From: Candidatus Latescibacterota bacterium
GTDB taxonomy: Bacteria > Latescibacterota > UBA2968 > GCA-2709665
Direction: 5' to 3'
DNA length: 64,000 nucleotides
Assembly (NCBI GenBank): GCA_965237675.1
Contig: OZ250150.1
Location: 160,001 to 224,000, forward strand
The notes beneath the pieces are model-generated. The model was not told the DNA's origin. It made no database searches and was given only the letters and a program-made list of their open reading frames with translations. Within the stretch, counting starts at the first letter, position 1; each line of letters starts with the position of its first letter. A program made the translations under genes and the position numbers. Shown here one piece after another: positions 1 through 9,791 of this stretch.

Positions 1-541
1 TATCTTCAAAATCGTCCGCTTTAGAGGCCAGCGTATCCCGCAGCTTCCCGACCATTGGCATCAACCGCCTGTGAATCTCGCTTACGGCCGCAATATGCAT
101 TGCCGAGGGAAACGTATCGTTTGAAGACTGCGCCATGTTTACATCATCGTTTGGATGAATCGGATCTTTGCTGCCCATCCGTCCACCGGCAATCTGAATC
201 GCCCGGTTGGATATCACTTCGTTGGCGTTCATGTTTGTCTGTGTGCCACTTCCCGTCTGCCAGATTCGTAGCGGGAAATGGTCGTTCAGCTTGCCCTCGA
301 TAACTTCGTCGGCCGCCTGCACGATAAGATGCGCCTTTTCCGACGACAGCTTTCCCAGTTCGCGATTCACAAGCGCGGCCGCTTTTTTCAGAATGCCGAA
401 CGCTCTGATCAGCTCCCGGGGCATGCGTTCTTCGCCAATATCAAAATGAATCAGCGCCCGGGCCGTCTGAGCACCGTAATACCGGTCTTCCGGAACCAGA
501 ATTTCTCCCATACTGTCCGTTTCAATCCTATATCCCTCCAT
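1..541 (-). CDS. fumC: Class II fumarate hydratase, 5' part (runs off the window)
   Basis: Manual translation of the minus strand: [29 protein letters not shown]...[30 protein letters not shown]...[21 protein letters not shown]; GGAG RBS upstream. Confidence 0.95.
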   Translation of the reverse strand, partial: MEGYRIETDSMGEILVPEDRYYGAQTARALIHFDIGEERMPRELIRAFGILKKAAALVNRELGKLSSEKAHLIVQAADEVIEGKLNDHFPLRIWQTGSGTQTNMNANEVISNRAIQIAGGRMGSKDPIHPNDDVNMAQSSNDTFPSAMHIAAVSEIHRRLMPMVGKLRDTLASKADDFED

Positions 542-579
542 CTCTCCTTCTCCTCTCATATAGCGCGTTGGTACGAGTT

Positions 580-1047
580 TAGTGTCCCGTCCCGGAAATA
601 TATTACCATTCATCCACCGATTCATCCCGTCTCGCTGCGTTGCTAAAAGGCGGTGAGACGGAAGACGGAAGAGGTAAGCCGTGTTAGTTACTTTCCCGTA
701 TCACTCGTCTGCAAATGGACACTCGTTGTGCGAAACGAGAAGTGGATTGCGCAGCGCAGCGTAAGACCTACCCCCTAACCCCCTTCCTGAAGGAAGGGGG
801 AAACTGTCGTCGGTTGAAGACAGATTGATCGATGAATAAATCCAGGCGTCATATTGTGATCGCGCGACACCCGGTTCTGCTCCCCCTCTCCCCCTTTCCT
901 TTAGGAGAGGGGGCCGGGGGGAGAGGTCACGGCGCTGACGTCAACTGATTGGGTTTTTGATTCAAGCTGACGGCTGATAGCTGATAGCTGTTTTTTCTGC
1001 TTCTGGTCGGCCGAATTTAGGCAATCTCTTTCCGGGACAGAACACTA
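580..1047. mobile_element. MITE-like element, copy 1, with terminal inverted repeats and nested repeat cargo
   Basis: Ends TAGTGTCCCGTCCCGGAAA / TTTCCGGGACAGAACACTA; core CCGATTCATCCCGTCTCGCTGCGTTGC shared with 4302-4480 and 13430-13574. Confidence 0.75.
767..926. repeat. Inverted pair of CCCCCT(T/C)TCC...GGAAGGGGG REP-like hairpins nested in the MITE
   Basis: cctaccccctaacccccttcctgaaggaaggggg (~767-800) and ccccctttcctttaggagagggggccggggggagagg (~890-926) are oppositely oriented family members. Confidence 0.65.
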
Positions 1048-1321
1048 GGCGTTGCCGAGCATTTCAAGATACAAAAACAGAACTTTCCCGGCAACCCCGT
1101 CCGGTATTTTTCGGACCATCATCAATAAACATAACGGTATATATTATTATCTTGCTTTTAAAATTAATTCTTCTTATCTTTAATCCACCGTTAATCTTCT
1201 TTGGCCACCACACCTGTCGAGAGGTGCCGCGCGGCAAAGTCCCCTCAGGCGGCTTACAGTCCGGAACAGAAACCCAACGGGAAGAAACGTCTGATACAAA
1301 CTATCCGAAGGAGACGCTTGC

Positions 1322-2221
1322 GTGCTGATTCAAAGCCTGAAAATCTTCTGCGACCTCATCGATACCCAGAGTTTTTCAAAGACGGCTGTGCTGAATGGCG
1401 TGACGCAGTCCGCGGTCAGCCAGCAAATCAAGAGCATTGAAAATCGCCAGGGCAAACCGCTGCTGGAGCGCCATAAGCGCAAGATCGGCCTTACCAAAGA
1501 GGGAGAGGTATTTTACAAGGGCGCCGGCGACATTGTAAGGCGCTATGACGAAATGTTACAACGCGTCGAGGCTCTCGACGGTGTCGTATCGGGCACTGTT
1601 CGCCTTTCCGCAATCTACAGCGTGGGCATGCGTGAACTCGGGCCGTACCTCAAGACCTATCTCAAAGCCTACCCCAAGGTCAACTTCCGGCTCGACTACA
1701 GCCACACGCCCCGGATCTACGACGACGTCGCCAGCGGTGAAATCGACTTCGGCGTGGTCGCCTTCCCAAGACCCCACCGCAATATCAGAATGATACCGTT
1801 CTCCGAAGACAATATGGTGGTGGCATGCCCGCCCATGAATCCGCTTGCAGCGCGGGACAACGTCGCCGTGAACGACATCGGCGATCATCCGCTGATCCTC
1901 TTCTCCCAGGAAACCCACACGCGTCAGGCGCTCGACCAGTTCTTTCGTAAGCACCGTATTCAACCCAACATTGTCATGGAATTCGATCACATCGATACAA
2001 TAAAGGATGCCGTCGAAGTGGATCTCGGCATCTCCATCCTTCCTGAACACTCCGTGGGCCTGGAACACAAGGAAGGCACATTGAAAGCGCTGACCATCGA
2101 GGGCGACGTCCTCACCAGACCCCTGGGCATCTTGCACAAACGTGGCCGGAGCCTATCGGTCGCCGCCCGGAAACTGCTCGAGGTGCTCACCAACGGGAAG
2201 GCTCCAACCACCGAATCGTAG
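1322..2221 (+). CDS. LysR-family transcriptional regulator
   Basis: N-terminal HTH SFSKTAVLNGVTQSAVSQQIKSIE, LysR substrate-binding domain, 299 aa. Confidence 0.95.
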   Translation: MLIQSLKIFCDLIDTQSFSKTAVLNGVTQSAVSQQIKSIENRQGKPLLERHKRKIGLTKEGEVFYKGAGDIVRRYDEMLQRVEALDGVVSGTVRLSAIYSVGMRELGPYLKTYLKAYPKVNFRLDYSHTPRIYDDVASGEIDFGVVAFPRPHRNIRMIPFSEDNMVVACPPMNPLAARDNVAVNDIGDHPLILFSQETHTRQALDQFFRKHRIQPNIVMEFDHIDTIKDAVEVDLGISILPEHSVGLEHKEGTLKALTIEGDVLTRPLGILHKRGRSLSVAARKLLEVLTNGKAPTTES

Positions 2222-2361
2222 ACGCTCTTCTTTGGATACCCCTCCGGTTTCGGCGCAGGCCGCCGAACGCATCTGTGCAATCGGCCGATTCCTGATTTAC
2301 CGCCCCGGACAACTACGATCATACGTCTCTGTTCTTCCGAAACGAGCCACTTCCCGGATTG

Positions 2362-3066
2362 TCATTCTGCGCGGCTATTGCCGGCGACCATTTCGTGAAT
2401 CAGGTATCGAAGAAACCGGACACCCGTGCGGAAAGAAGGCGCCTTCGATTCTCCTCCTACCCGGTTCCCCTCCCACGTCGGAATCTCCTCGATTCGCATC
2501 CGTTGTTTCATCGCCTGGATCGTCATCTCATATTCGATGGTATATCCCATCGATCCGGGGTCGAGCTTGAGAAATGCCCCGCGTGTGATCCCTCGAAACC
2601 CGTTGATTGCATCCGTCACAAACGATCCCCGGTTCCAGAGTTGATTGGCGATCCACGTAAACATCTGATTCGTCCACTTTCTCAGCGGCAGAGAATCGTC
2701 GTCCTCCTCGTTCCGGGAACCCGAAAGGAACCGGGACGCAATCGCCATATCGGCGCCATTTTCGATGGCAGCGAAGAGTCGTGGGATATCGTTCGGATCT
2801 TCATTTCCGTCGGGGCTGAAGAAAACCAGGCCCTCTCCGCTCGAAACCCGAACCGCCAACCGAAACGCCTCTCCCCGCCCGGGTCGTTGCTGGTCCACCA
2901 ACCGAATGAGATGGGATGACAGAACCTCACGGGTACCGTCCGTTGACCCGCCATCGACGGCGAGCACCTCGTCGGCGATTTCCGCCAGATTCGGGCCGGT
3001 TGAGAACAGCCAGCGAACGCCCTCGACCTCGTTGAGTGTCAGCAGAACAAGAGTTCGTTTGACCAT
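2362..3066 (-). CDS. GT2 glycosyltransferase (DPM1-like)
   Basis: TLNEVEG, VDGGSTDGT, DGNEDP and DMAIASRF motifs. Confidence 0.9.
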   Translation of the reverse strand: MVKRTLVLLTLNEVEGVRWLFSTGPNLAEIADEVLAVDGGSTDGTREVLSSHLIRLVDQQRPGRGEAFRLAVRVSSGEGLVFFSPDGNEDPNDIPRLFAAIENGADMAIASRFLSGSRNEEDDDSLPLRKWTNQMFTWIANQLWNRGSFVTDAINGFRGITRGAFLKLDPGSMGYTIEYEMTIQAMKQRMRIEEIPTWEGNRVGGESKAPSFRTGVRFLRYLIHEMVAGNSRAE

Positions 3067-3097
3067 AGAGTACCCCAAACCCGGTCTTCGGCGACAC

Positions 3098-4300
3098 CTA
3101 ACCGCCCCTGAAGAAACGCCCGAAGAGTTCCGCGATACGATCCAGGTCGGTTAACGTTAGGTCCTGGTGGCAACCGATATAGAACCCGCTTCCGTTGATC
3201 CATCTGGCAACGGGAAAATTCGCCTCGTTGATGTCCAACAGGCGCTGGTAGAGTGGCTGATTGGTTAGTGGAAGCATCTCGCGCGTCTCAACCCGGTTCT
3301 GCTCCAGGAAATTCACGAATGCGTCCTTTTTACGATCTTTCAGGACAATCGGAAACATCATAAACGAATGTTCACTCTCCGGACGAACCGTGGGAAGCTG
3401 CAGAACCGCCTGGTGTTCGGACAAACTCTGAATCAGATGGGCGGCATTTTGCCGCCTGCCGGCGATCATCTCCTTCCCGACTTCAAGCTGCGCCAGCCCC
3501 AGAGCGGCCTCCATCTCGGTTAATCGGAAGCTGTATCCGAGACTTACGAAAGAAAATCGCCGGGCAACAATTTGTCGAAGTTCCTCCGGCGATTTCTCGT
3601 CGTCGTCGTCTATATTCAGATACGTCGAATCCCTCCCGTGGTTTATCAGCGATCTCAGGGTTTTCGCATAATCGGGATGGTTGGTCGTATTCAGACCGCC
3701 CACTCCCGTGGTCAGCAGGTGGGCCGCATAGGTGGAAAAACATCCGATTTCACCGAAGCTTCCGGCACTGCGTCCCTTGTATCTCGCAAACATCGTCTCG
3801 GCCGAATCTTCAATGACCTTGAGACCGTACCGCCCGGCAAGCTCGAGGATAGGATCCATGTCGCAGGGCTGTCCGAAAACATGCACGGGAATTATCGCCC
3901 GTGTACGGGACGTGACCGCGGCCTCGATCTTTTCCGGGTCCAGTTCGTAGTGGATTGGATCGACATCCACCAGCACGGGTCGCATTCTTCCATGGAAGAC
4001 GATATTGGCCGTTCCCGCAAACGTCACCGCGGGCAGGATGACTTCGTCCCCGTCGTCCCACCCATGCAATTCCTTCAGCGCAACCAGAGCGACCTGCAGG
4101 GCGCTCGTCCCGCTGTTGCTCATCACACCGAACCGACAGTCGTGTGCCCGTGCGAATTTGGCCTCGAACGCCTGGGTCATCGGACCGTAAGACAGCCGAT
4201 TGTTGTCGAGAGCCTCGTTGACCAGCGCCCTGGCGCGGGGACTGATGTTTAACGTACCGACGCCGATTACCGGCGGCCGGATTTCACGATTCTCGGACAC
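3098..4300 (-). CDS. DegT/DnrJ/EryC1/StrS-family PLP-dependent nucleotide-sugar enzyme
   Basis: SNSGTSAL, IIPVHVFGQPCDM, VIEDSAE; His at the usual PLP-Lys position (FSTYAAHLLTTGVGG). Confidence 0.9.
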   Translation of the reverse strand: MSENREIRPPVIGVGTLNISPRARALVNEALDNNRLSYGPMTQAFEAKFARAHDCRFGVMSNSGTSALQVALVALKELHGWDDGDEVILPAVTFAGTANIVFHGRMRPVLVDVDPIHYELDPEKIEAAVTSRTRAIIPVHVFGQPCDMDPILELAGRYGLKVIEDSAETMFARYKGRSAGSFGEIGCFSTYAAHLLTTGVGGLNTTNHPDYAKTLRSLINHGRDSTYLNIDDDDEKSPEELRQIVARRFSFVSLGYSFRLTEMEAALGLAQLEVGKEMIAGRRQNAAHLIQSLSEHQAVLQLPTVRPESEHSFMMFPIVLKDRKKDAFVNFLEQNRVETREMLPLTNQPLYQRLLDINEANFPVARWINGSGFYIGCHQDLTLTDLDRIAELFGRFFRGG

Positions 4301-4301
4301 C

Positions 4302-4480
4302 TGGTGTCCCGTCCCAGAAAGTTGTCACCATTCATCCCTGTCTGCGTGCGTGAGGCAGCACGCACAGGCAGGCGCCGATTCATCCCGTCTCGCTGCGTTG
4401 CCTGCGCTGAGCTTGTCGAAGTGCCAGCCGGGCGACTCGACGGCCGAATTTAAGCAATCTATTTCAGGGACAGAACACTA
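4302..4480. mobile_element. MITE-like element, copy 2
   Basis: Ends TGGTGTCCCGTCCCAGAAA / TTTCAGGGACAGAACACTA; shared core; inserts CCTGTCTGCGTG...CACGCACAGGCAGG and CTGAGCTTGTCGAA. Confidence 0.75.
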
Positions 4481-4510
4481 GAACCCGCCTCCAAGTACCG
4501 GCCTGTCCCT

Positions 4511-5458
4511 CTAAGATTTGCGCGGCTGCTTCTCGTACCACGAAATCATCCGCCGCAGCCCTACCTCCAACGACGTTGCGGCTTCAAATCCAAAATGCCG
4601 CTTCGCCCGCGTCACATTCACGCATCGCCGCGGCTGTCCGTTCGGCCTGGTCGGGTCCCAATGAACCCGGCCGGTGAATCCCGCGAGATCCTGAATTTTC
4701 TCCGCGAGCACCCGGATTGAAATCTCCTCTCCGGATCCCAGGTTGATCGGCTCTGACAGATCGTACAATTCCGAAGCGAGCAATATGCCCTCAGCTGCAT
4801 CCTCGACGTACAGATACTCACGTGTGGGCGATCCGTCTCCCCACAGCGTGACATGGTCTATGTCCCGATTATTCCGGGCATCCAGGATCTTTCGCACGAT
4901 AGACGCGAGCCCGTGGGACGTCTCCGGGTCGAGGCTCTCTCCAGGTCCGTAAAGGTTCGCAAGCAGCAGATGAATCGCATTGTAGTCGTATTCCTCGCGG
5001 TAGGCCTGGCTCTGCACCAGCATCATCTTTTTGGCCAGCCCGTAGGGTGCGTTTGTCTCCTCCGGATATCCGTCCCAGAGGTTCTCCTCCCGAAAAGGAA
5101 CGGGCGTCGACTTCGGATAAGCACACACCGAGCCGATACCTACGAACTTCGGTACCTCGAAACGTCGGGCCTGTTCGAGAAGATGGGCGCCCATGACCAG
5201 ATTATCGTAAAAAAAACGCCCTGGATACCGCTTGTTGGCGCCAATACCGCCGACCGAACCGGCCAGGTGGATGATCAGGTGCGGGCGCGCGACTTCGTAC
5301 ATGCGCCGTACGGCTTCCTGCTCACGCAAGTCGTGGTCCCGGCTGCGTGGCACGAATATTTGACGGCATCCCCGTTCGCGCAGTTTCCGCACCACAGAAC
5401 GGCCCAGAAAACCGGCGCCGCCGGTAACCGCAACCCGTTTTTCGGTCCAGAAACTCAT
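4511..5458 (-). CDS. fcl: GDP-L-fucose synthase family (GDP-4-keto-6-deoxysugar epimerase/reductase)
   Basis: VTGGAGFLG, HLAGSVGGIGAN, CAYPK, PYGLAKK, WGDGSPTREYLYV, GQPRR. Confidence 0.9.
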   Translation of the reverse strand: MSFWTEKRVAVTGGAGFLGRSVVRKLRERGCRQIFVPRSRDHDLREQEAVRRMYEVARPHLIIHLAGSVGGIGANKRYPGRFFYDNLVMGAHLLEQARRFEVPKFVGIGSVCAYPKSTPVPFREENLWDGYPEETNAPYGLAKKMMLVQSQAYREEYDYNAIHLLLANLYGPGESLDPETSHGLASIVRKILDARNNRDIDHVTLWGDGSPTREYLYVEDAAEGILLASELYDLSEPINLGSGEEISIRVLAEKIQDLAGFTGRVHWDPTRPNGQPRRCVNVTRAKRHFGFEAATSLEVGLRRMISWYEKQPRKS

Positions 5459-5614
5459 TCCTCGTTCCTCACGATCTTCCGTGTTTGCCAATTTCTGCGG
5501 AAAGGTATGTGGAATCGCGCCCGGGGTCAAGCCAAAAGCGGCAAAAACCACTGCCGAAGGGCCCGGCCACAACACGGTGACGGGGCCTGACCCCCGGGTA
5601 TGTTCGGCGAGCGC

Positions 5615-6547
5615 TCACGTTTCGCGCAACAGCCTCTGGGCGGCGTTGTACGGATCGTCCTCGCCCAAGCGGACCCTGGCTGCGGCCCGGTCCAGGCATT
5701 CGGGGCCCAATGCCGCGTCGAACTGGAGCGCCAGACGCGCTTCCACCCGCTCCCGCAGTTCACGCCGGATCTGCCGCTCGCGCAAACCTGCCAGCCTGTC
5801 TTCTGTTTTCAGATGGCACCCGTACGCCAGAAGCGTCTCGAAGAGTTCCTTCACACCCCTGCCCTCAGTGCCAACCGTTCGTACAAGCCGCCTCTCCCAG
5901 CCGTCGACTTCGCCCCGAGCATGGAGGGTTTCCCTGAGTTCTCCCGCCAATTTGTCCGCTCCCGGCCGGTCGGATTTGTTCAGCACAATCACATCTGCAA
6001 TCTCCAACACGCCCGCTTTCAACACCTGGATTTCATCACCCGACTCGGGCACGAGGGTCAGTACAACGGCATCGGTGCAATGGGTCACGTCCACCTCGGT
6101 CTGCCCGACCCCTGCCGTCTCCACGAGCACCACGTCCTTTCCCATGGCTTCCATTACCCGTACCGCGTCTCGCGCCGCACGGCACAGTCCGCCTGTCAGA
6201 CCCTCGTTCCCCATACTTCGAATAAACACTTCCGGGTCGCCCGACAGTCCTTGCATCCGGATCCGATCGCCCAGCACGGCGCCTCCGGTAAACGGGCTGG
6301 AGATATCCACGGCCAGAATACCCACCGCGCTTCCGGCCTTCCGGAAGCGGGGCGCGAGACGACCCACGAGCGTACTCTTGCCCGCTCCCGGCGGACCGGT
6401 GATGCCGATCCGATAGGCGTTTCCCGTTGACGGATACAGGTCGGTAAGCAGCGACACCGCACAGGTCTCCCGCCGCTCAATGAGCGTTATTGCCCGCGCG
6501 GCAGCACGGATATCGCCCGCGAGGATTCGGCCGGCCATATCTCTCAT
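5615..6547 (-). CDS. meaB: Methylmalonyl-CoA mutase-associated GTPase MeaB/ArgK
   Basis: GITGPPGAGKST, LAVD.SSPFTGGAVLGDRIRM, VETAGVGQTE, NKSD; ATGA overlap with the upstream gene. Confidence 0.93.
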   Translation of the reverse strand: MRDMAGRILAGDIRAAARAITLIERRETCAVSLLTDLYPSTGNAYRIGITGPPGAGKSTLVGRLAPRFRKAGSAVGILAVDISSPFTGGAVLGDRIRMQGLSGDPEVFIRSMGNEGLTGGLCRAARDAVRVMEAMGKDVVLVETAGVGQTEVDVTHCTDAVVLTLVPESGDEIQVLKAGVLEIADVIVLNKSDRPGADKLAGELRETLHARGEVDGWERRLVRTVGTEGRGVKELFETLLAYGCHLKTEDRLAGLRERQIRRELRERVEARLALQFDAALGPECLDRAAARVRLGEDDPYNAAQRLLRET

Positions 6548-6939
6548 TTCACGGCTTCCCGGAGGCACGCGATAATGTCGCCTGTATGAGTTCCCGGGCC
6601 CCAGAAGAACGCGAGCCCTCTGGCCTTGAGCGCCTCCTGATCGGCCGGCGTTATGATGCCGCCGCCCACCAGCAGTATGTCATCCGCACCCCGCGCCCGG
6701 AGGAGATCCATCACCTTGGGGAAGATCGTCAGATGGGCTCCTGAAAGAGAGCTGATACCCAGCACATCCACGTCTTCCTGGATCGAGGTGTTCACCACCT
6801 CCTCCGCCGTGCGGTGCAGGCCGGTATAAATGACTTCCATCCCCGCATCCCGCAACGCGCGCGCCACGACCTTGGCGCCCCGGTCGTGCCCGTCCAGACC
6901 TAACTTTGCAATCAGAACGCGTATTTTGCGACTGTGCAT
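6544..6939 (-). CDS. Cobalamin-binding subunit of an acyl-CoA (methylmalonyl-CoA-type) mutase
   Basis: KLGLDGHDRGAK (DxHxxG), SSLSGAH, VGGGII; GGAGG RBS. Confidence 0.93.
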   Translation of the reverse strand: MHSRKIRVLIAKLGLDGHDRGAKVVARALRDAGMEVIYTGLHRTAEEVVNTSIQEDVDVLGISSLSGAHLTIFPKVMDLLRARGADDILLVGGGIITPADQEALKARGLAFFWGPGTHTGDIIACLREAVK

Positions 6940-6965
6940 ATTCGCCTCCCCAAGCGTGACCCTCT

Positions 6966-7440
6966 TCACGTAGCACTCGCCCCGCGCCTGGAGACGATTG
7001 GGACCAGCGGCCCGCGGATTCGCTCCTCATCGACCGTATTGTAGTCCTTCTCAGCGCTGGGAAATGCCGCTGCGGTCACACCAGCCTGCGGTAGACGACG
7101 GTTGGGATTCACACCGAAGAGCAGGAGGCCCGCAACTGACGCGTTATCACCGTCTCCGGCAGCAACCAGTAAGTCGGAGTTGAGCAAAAGGCGCCGCCAG
7201 CTTTCGACGTCGGCCCTGCCCGGCACTGATCGCTTCAGAACATCACGGAGGTAGTTCTCGATCCGGCCGATGTCCAGGCTCTCCAACCCCATACCTGCCT
7301 CGCCGGCGGCCGAAAGCCCGAGAATGAGCTCGGCGTCGGCGCAAGCTCCAGTTCCTCGATTCGCATGAACACTTCCCGCTCCCCGGCGGCGAGACGTTCC
7401 GCCTGACCAGGCGTAATACCATACGTAGTTCGCACGCCAA
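6966..7440 (-). pseudogene. Chimeric remnant: AlbA_2/RecG-C-type ATP-binding protein fragment preceded by a TrlF-like AAA ATPase fragment in another frame
   Basis: LDIGRIENYLRDVL...LLLNSDLL...SVAGLLLFGVNPNRRLPQAG...IRGPL, and YGITPGQAERLAAGEREVFMRIEELELAP; neither has a complete gene structure. Confidence 0.55.
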
Positions 7441-8051
7441 GGTGGTCTTGCACCACCACCGCGGGTTGCTCGTGGGGCAACTCCTGGTGCTGTTGCGGCG
7501 CGATTAACAACGCTCATCGTCTATGGTGATGCGTACGATCCGGACGCGCTGCGGCCTCGCGAAATTGCAGTCTACAAGCGTCGCCCATTTTGAACAGGCT
7601 TGCCGTGCATTCGAGTAAAATACAACCGAACATGGTTACGGGAGCGAGACTGTCGGCCGAGTCTGACAGACCGATATTATACCGGTCGGAACAGCTTAAA
7701 ATAGGCTAAGATGTGCATAAGTGTCAATCGGATTCTCTACGTTACAGCAGAAATAGCTGATTGGAAAAGACCCCGCCGGCGTCTCTCCCTTACTCAAACG
7801 CTTCTAAACTTTGCAGAGCAAAAATGCCTCCCGATAAGATCAAGGCGGAAACCCCGATCGGCCCGACGCCGTCCCTATCCACAATTCCCGCAAAGCGGGT
7901 TCCCGGATTATTCCGTTGCCTTTGGTATTCTCCCGTCCACACGCGTACTCGCACATCGCCGGTTGCGCATCCGCGACTCAATCCTTATATTCACCCCATT
8001 CACGTGAAATCGTACCACACGCCTATTCTCCGTTCATGAAAGGACTCGATC

Positions 8052-8918
8052 ATGCTCACCCGGGAACAGATCGAAGCTTACCATGCCGACGGTTTTCTTG
8101 GCGTGGAAGGGGTGTTTACGACAGAGGCAGTTGACGACCTCAGGCGGATCACGGATGACTTTGTCGAAAAATCCCGGCAGATGACCCGGAGCGACAGCGT
8201 GTTCGACCTGGAACCCGGTCACTGCGCCGAAACACCTCGCCTCAGACGGATCAAGGAACCCACGCACCAGCACGAGATCTATGCCGGAGCCCGAACCGAT
8301 AAGAGAATATTGGAGATCGTTTCGCGGCTCATTGGCCCCAATATTCGTTGCAACGGCGAAAAACTCAACATGAAATCCGCGGAATTCGGCAGCCCCGTCG
8401 AGTGGCACCAGGACTGGGCCTTTTACCCCCATACCAACGACGACCTCCTGGCCGTGGGAATCGCCATCGACGCGATGACTTCGGAAAACGGCTGCCTCCT
8501 GGCCATTCCGGGATCCCACAGAGGACGTGTGTACAACCACCACCAGGACGGGCATTTCGCGGGCGCCGTTACCGAGACCGATTTTAACGCCGAGGGCGCC
8601 GTATCCATCGAAGTCGGCGCCGGCGGTGTTTCGATCCACCACGTTCGCGCGCTGCACGGCTCAGTACCCAACACGTCAAGCCGACCCCGCCGTCTGCTGC
8701 TCTTCGCCTACGCCGCCGCGGACGCCTGGCCTCTTGTGCCGCCGGTAACGGACTGGGAGGCATTCAACGCGAAGATCGTCGCCGGAAGACCCACGTACGA
8801 ACCCCGTCTTACGGATGTTCCCGTCCGGGTACCCTATCCGCCGGCGCCAAGGGGCGGCTCCATCTACGAGATTCAAACCACCCTGAAAAACCCCTTGTAT
8901 GGCAGAAAGGCCGGATAA
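8052..8918 (+). CDS. Phytanoyl-CoA dioxygenase (PhyH) family Fe(II)/2OG oxygenase
   Basis: WHQD, ENGCL..IPGSH, LHGSVPNTSSRPRR. Confidence 0.93.
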   Translation: MLTREQIEAYHADGFLGVEGVFTTEAVDDLRRITDDFVEKSRQMTRSDSVFDLEPGHCAETPRLRRIKEPTHQHEIYAGARTDKRILEIVSRLIGPNIRCNGEKLNMKSAEFGSPVEWHQDWAFYPHTNDDLLAVGIAIDAMTSENGCLLAIPGSHRGRVYNHHQDGHFAGAVTETDFNAEGAVSIEVGAGGVSIHHVRALHGSVPNTSSRPRRLLLFAYAAADAWPLVPPVTDWEAFNAKIVAGRPTYEPRLTDVPVRVPYPPAPRGGSIYEIQTTLKNPLYGRKAG

Positions 8919-9691
8919 TGGAGGCACCGGTATACCTCGATCCCGACAACGTTTCCGATTTCCACCGGAACGGTTACGTCCTGGTCGAAGACCTCTTCAG
9001 CGAAGACGAAGTCCGCATTCTGCTCAATGCCGTTGAAACGGGCGCGCGGGTGGCCGGGAACACCCGTTCCACGTCCGACGCATCGGGAAAGACGTCCAGG
9101 TTGGCTATCTGGCACGAACTGGGCAACGACATCTGGACCGCGGTGTCCACGTGTCCCCGCATTGTCAACAATATCCGTATCCTTCTGGGTGAAGAGGTCG
9201 CCTTCTTCCACGGCAAAGTGATGTTCAAAGACGCCCATGAAGGCGGGGCGTGGGAATGGCACCAGGACTACGGATACTGGTATAGTCAGGGATTCGTCTT
9301 TCCCCGCATGATCAGCGCATTTATCGCCCTGGACGAATGCAAGCGGGAAAACGGCTGCCTGAGGGTTCTGCGCGGATCCCATCTCCTGGGGCGGCTGGAT
9401 CACGTCAGAGTCGGCACCCAGACCGGCACCGATCCCGTAAGGATCGCGGGTATCGAACCCCTGTTGGATTGCGTCTCCTGCGAGATGCCGCCCGGCTCGG
9501 TCCTCTTCTTTCACTGCAATCTGCTGCATTCCTCGACGCCCAATACGTCCAGCCGCCATCGGCGGTCATTCATCATCTGTTACAACGCTCTGGGCAACCC
9601 CCAACTCATTGAGAAGAAGACCGCCGACCCATACCCCTGTCCGGTGGGGCCGGACGACGCCATCTCCAGGTACGGACCGGTCCCTGGATGA
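8918..9691 (+). CDS. PhyH-family Fe(II)/2OG oxygenase
   Basis: HGKVMFKDAHEGGAWEWHQDYGYW, LLHSSTPNTS; TAATG overlap with the upstream gene. Confidence 0.93.
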   Translation: MEAPVYLDPDNVSDFHRNGYVLVEDLFSEDEVRILLNAVETGARVAGNTRSTSDASGKTSRLAIWHELGNDIWTAVSTCPRIVNNIRILLGEEVAFFHGKVMFKDAHEGGAWEWHQDYGYWYSQGFVFPRMISAFIALDECKRENGCLRVLRGSHLLGRLDHVRVGTQTGTDPVRIAGIEPLLDCVSCEMPPGSVLFFHCNLLHSSTPNTSSRHRRSFIICYNALGNPQLIEKKTADPYPCPVGPDDAISRYGPVPG

Positions 9692-9791
9692 CCCTGAACA
9701 GGGTTCCCGCTGACGCACCTGCTGAAACCGCGGTCTTGCGTCGATGCGTTTCAAGGGCATCCCTCAATGCCGACGGACTCCAGTAGCATCC

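Noticed and set aside
6940-7730. Cobalamin riboswitch upstream of the B12-binding gene
   Set aside because: No B12-box consensus seen; the region is better explained by gene fragments.
7711-8039. Short ORFs upstream of the PhyH genes
   Set aside because: No motifs or RBS; the region looks like a divergent promoter region.
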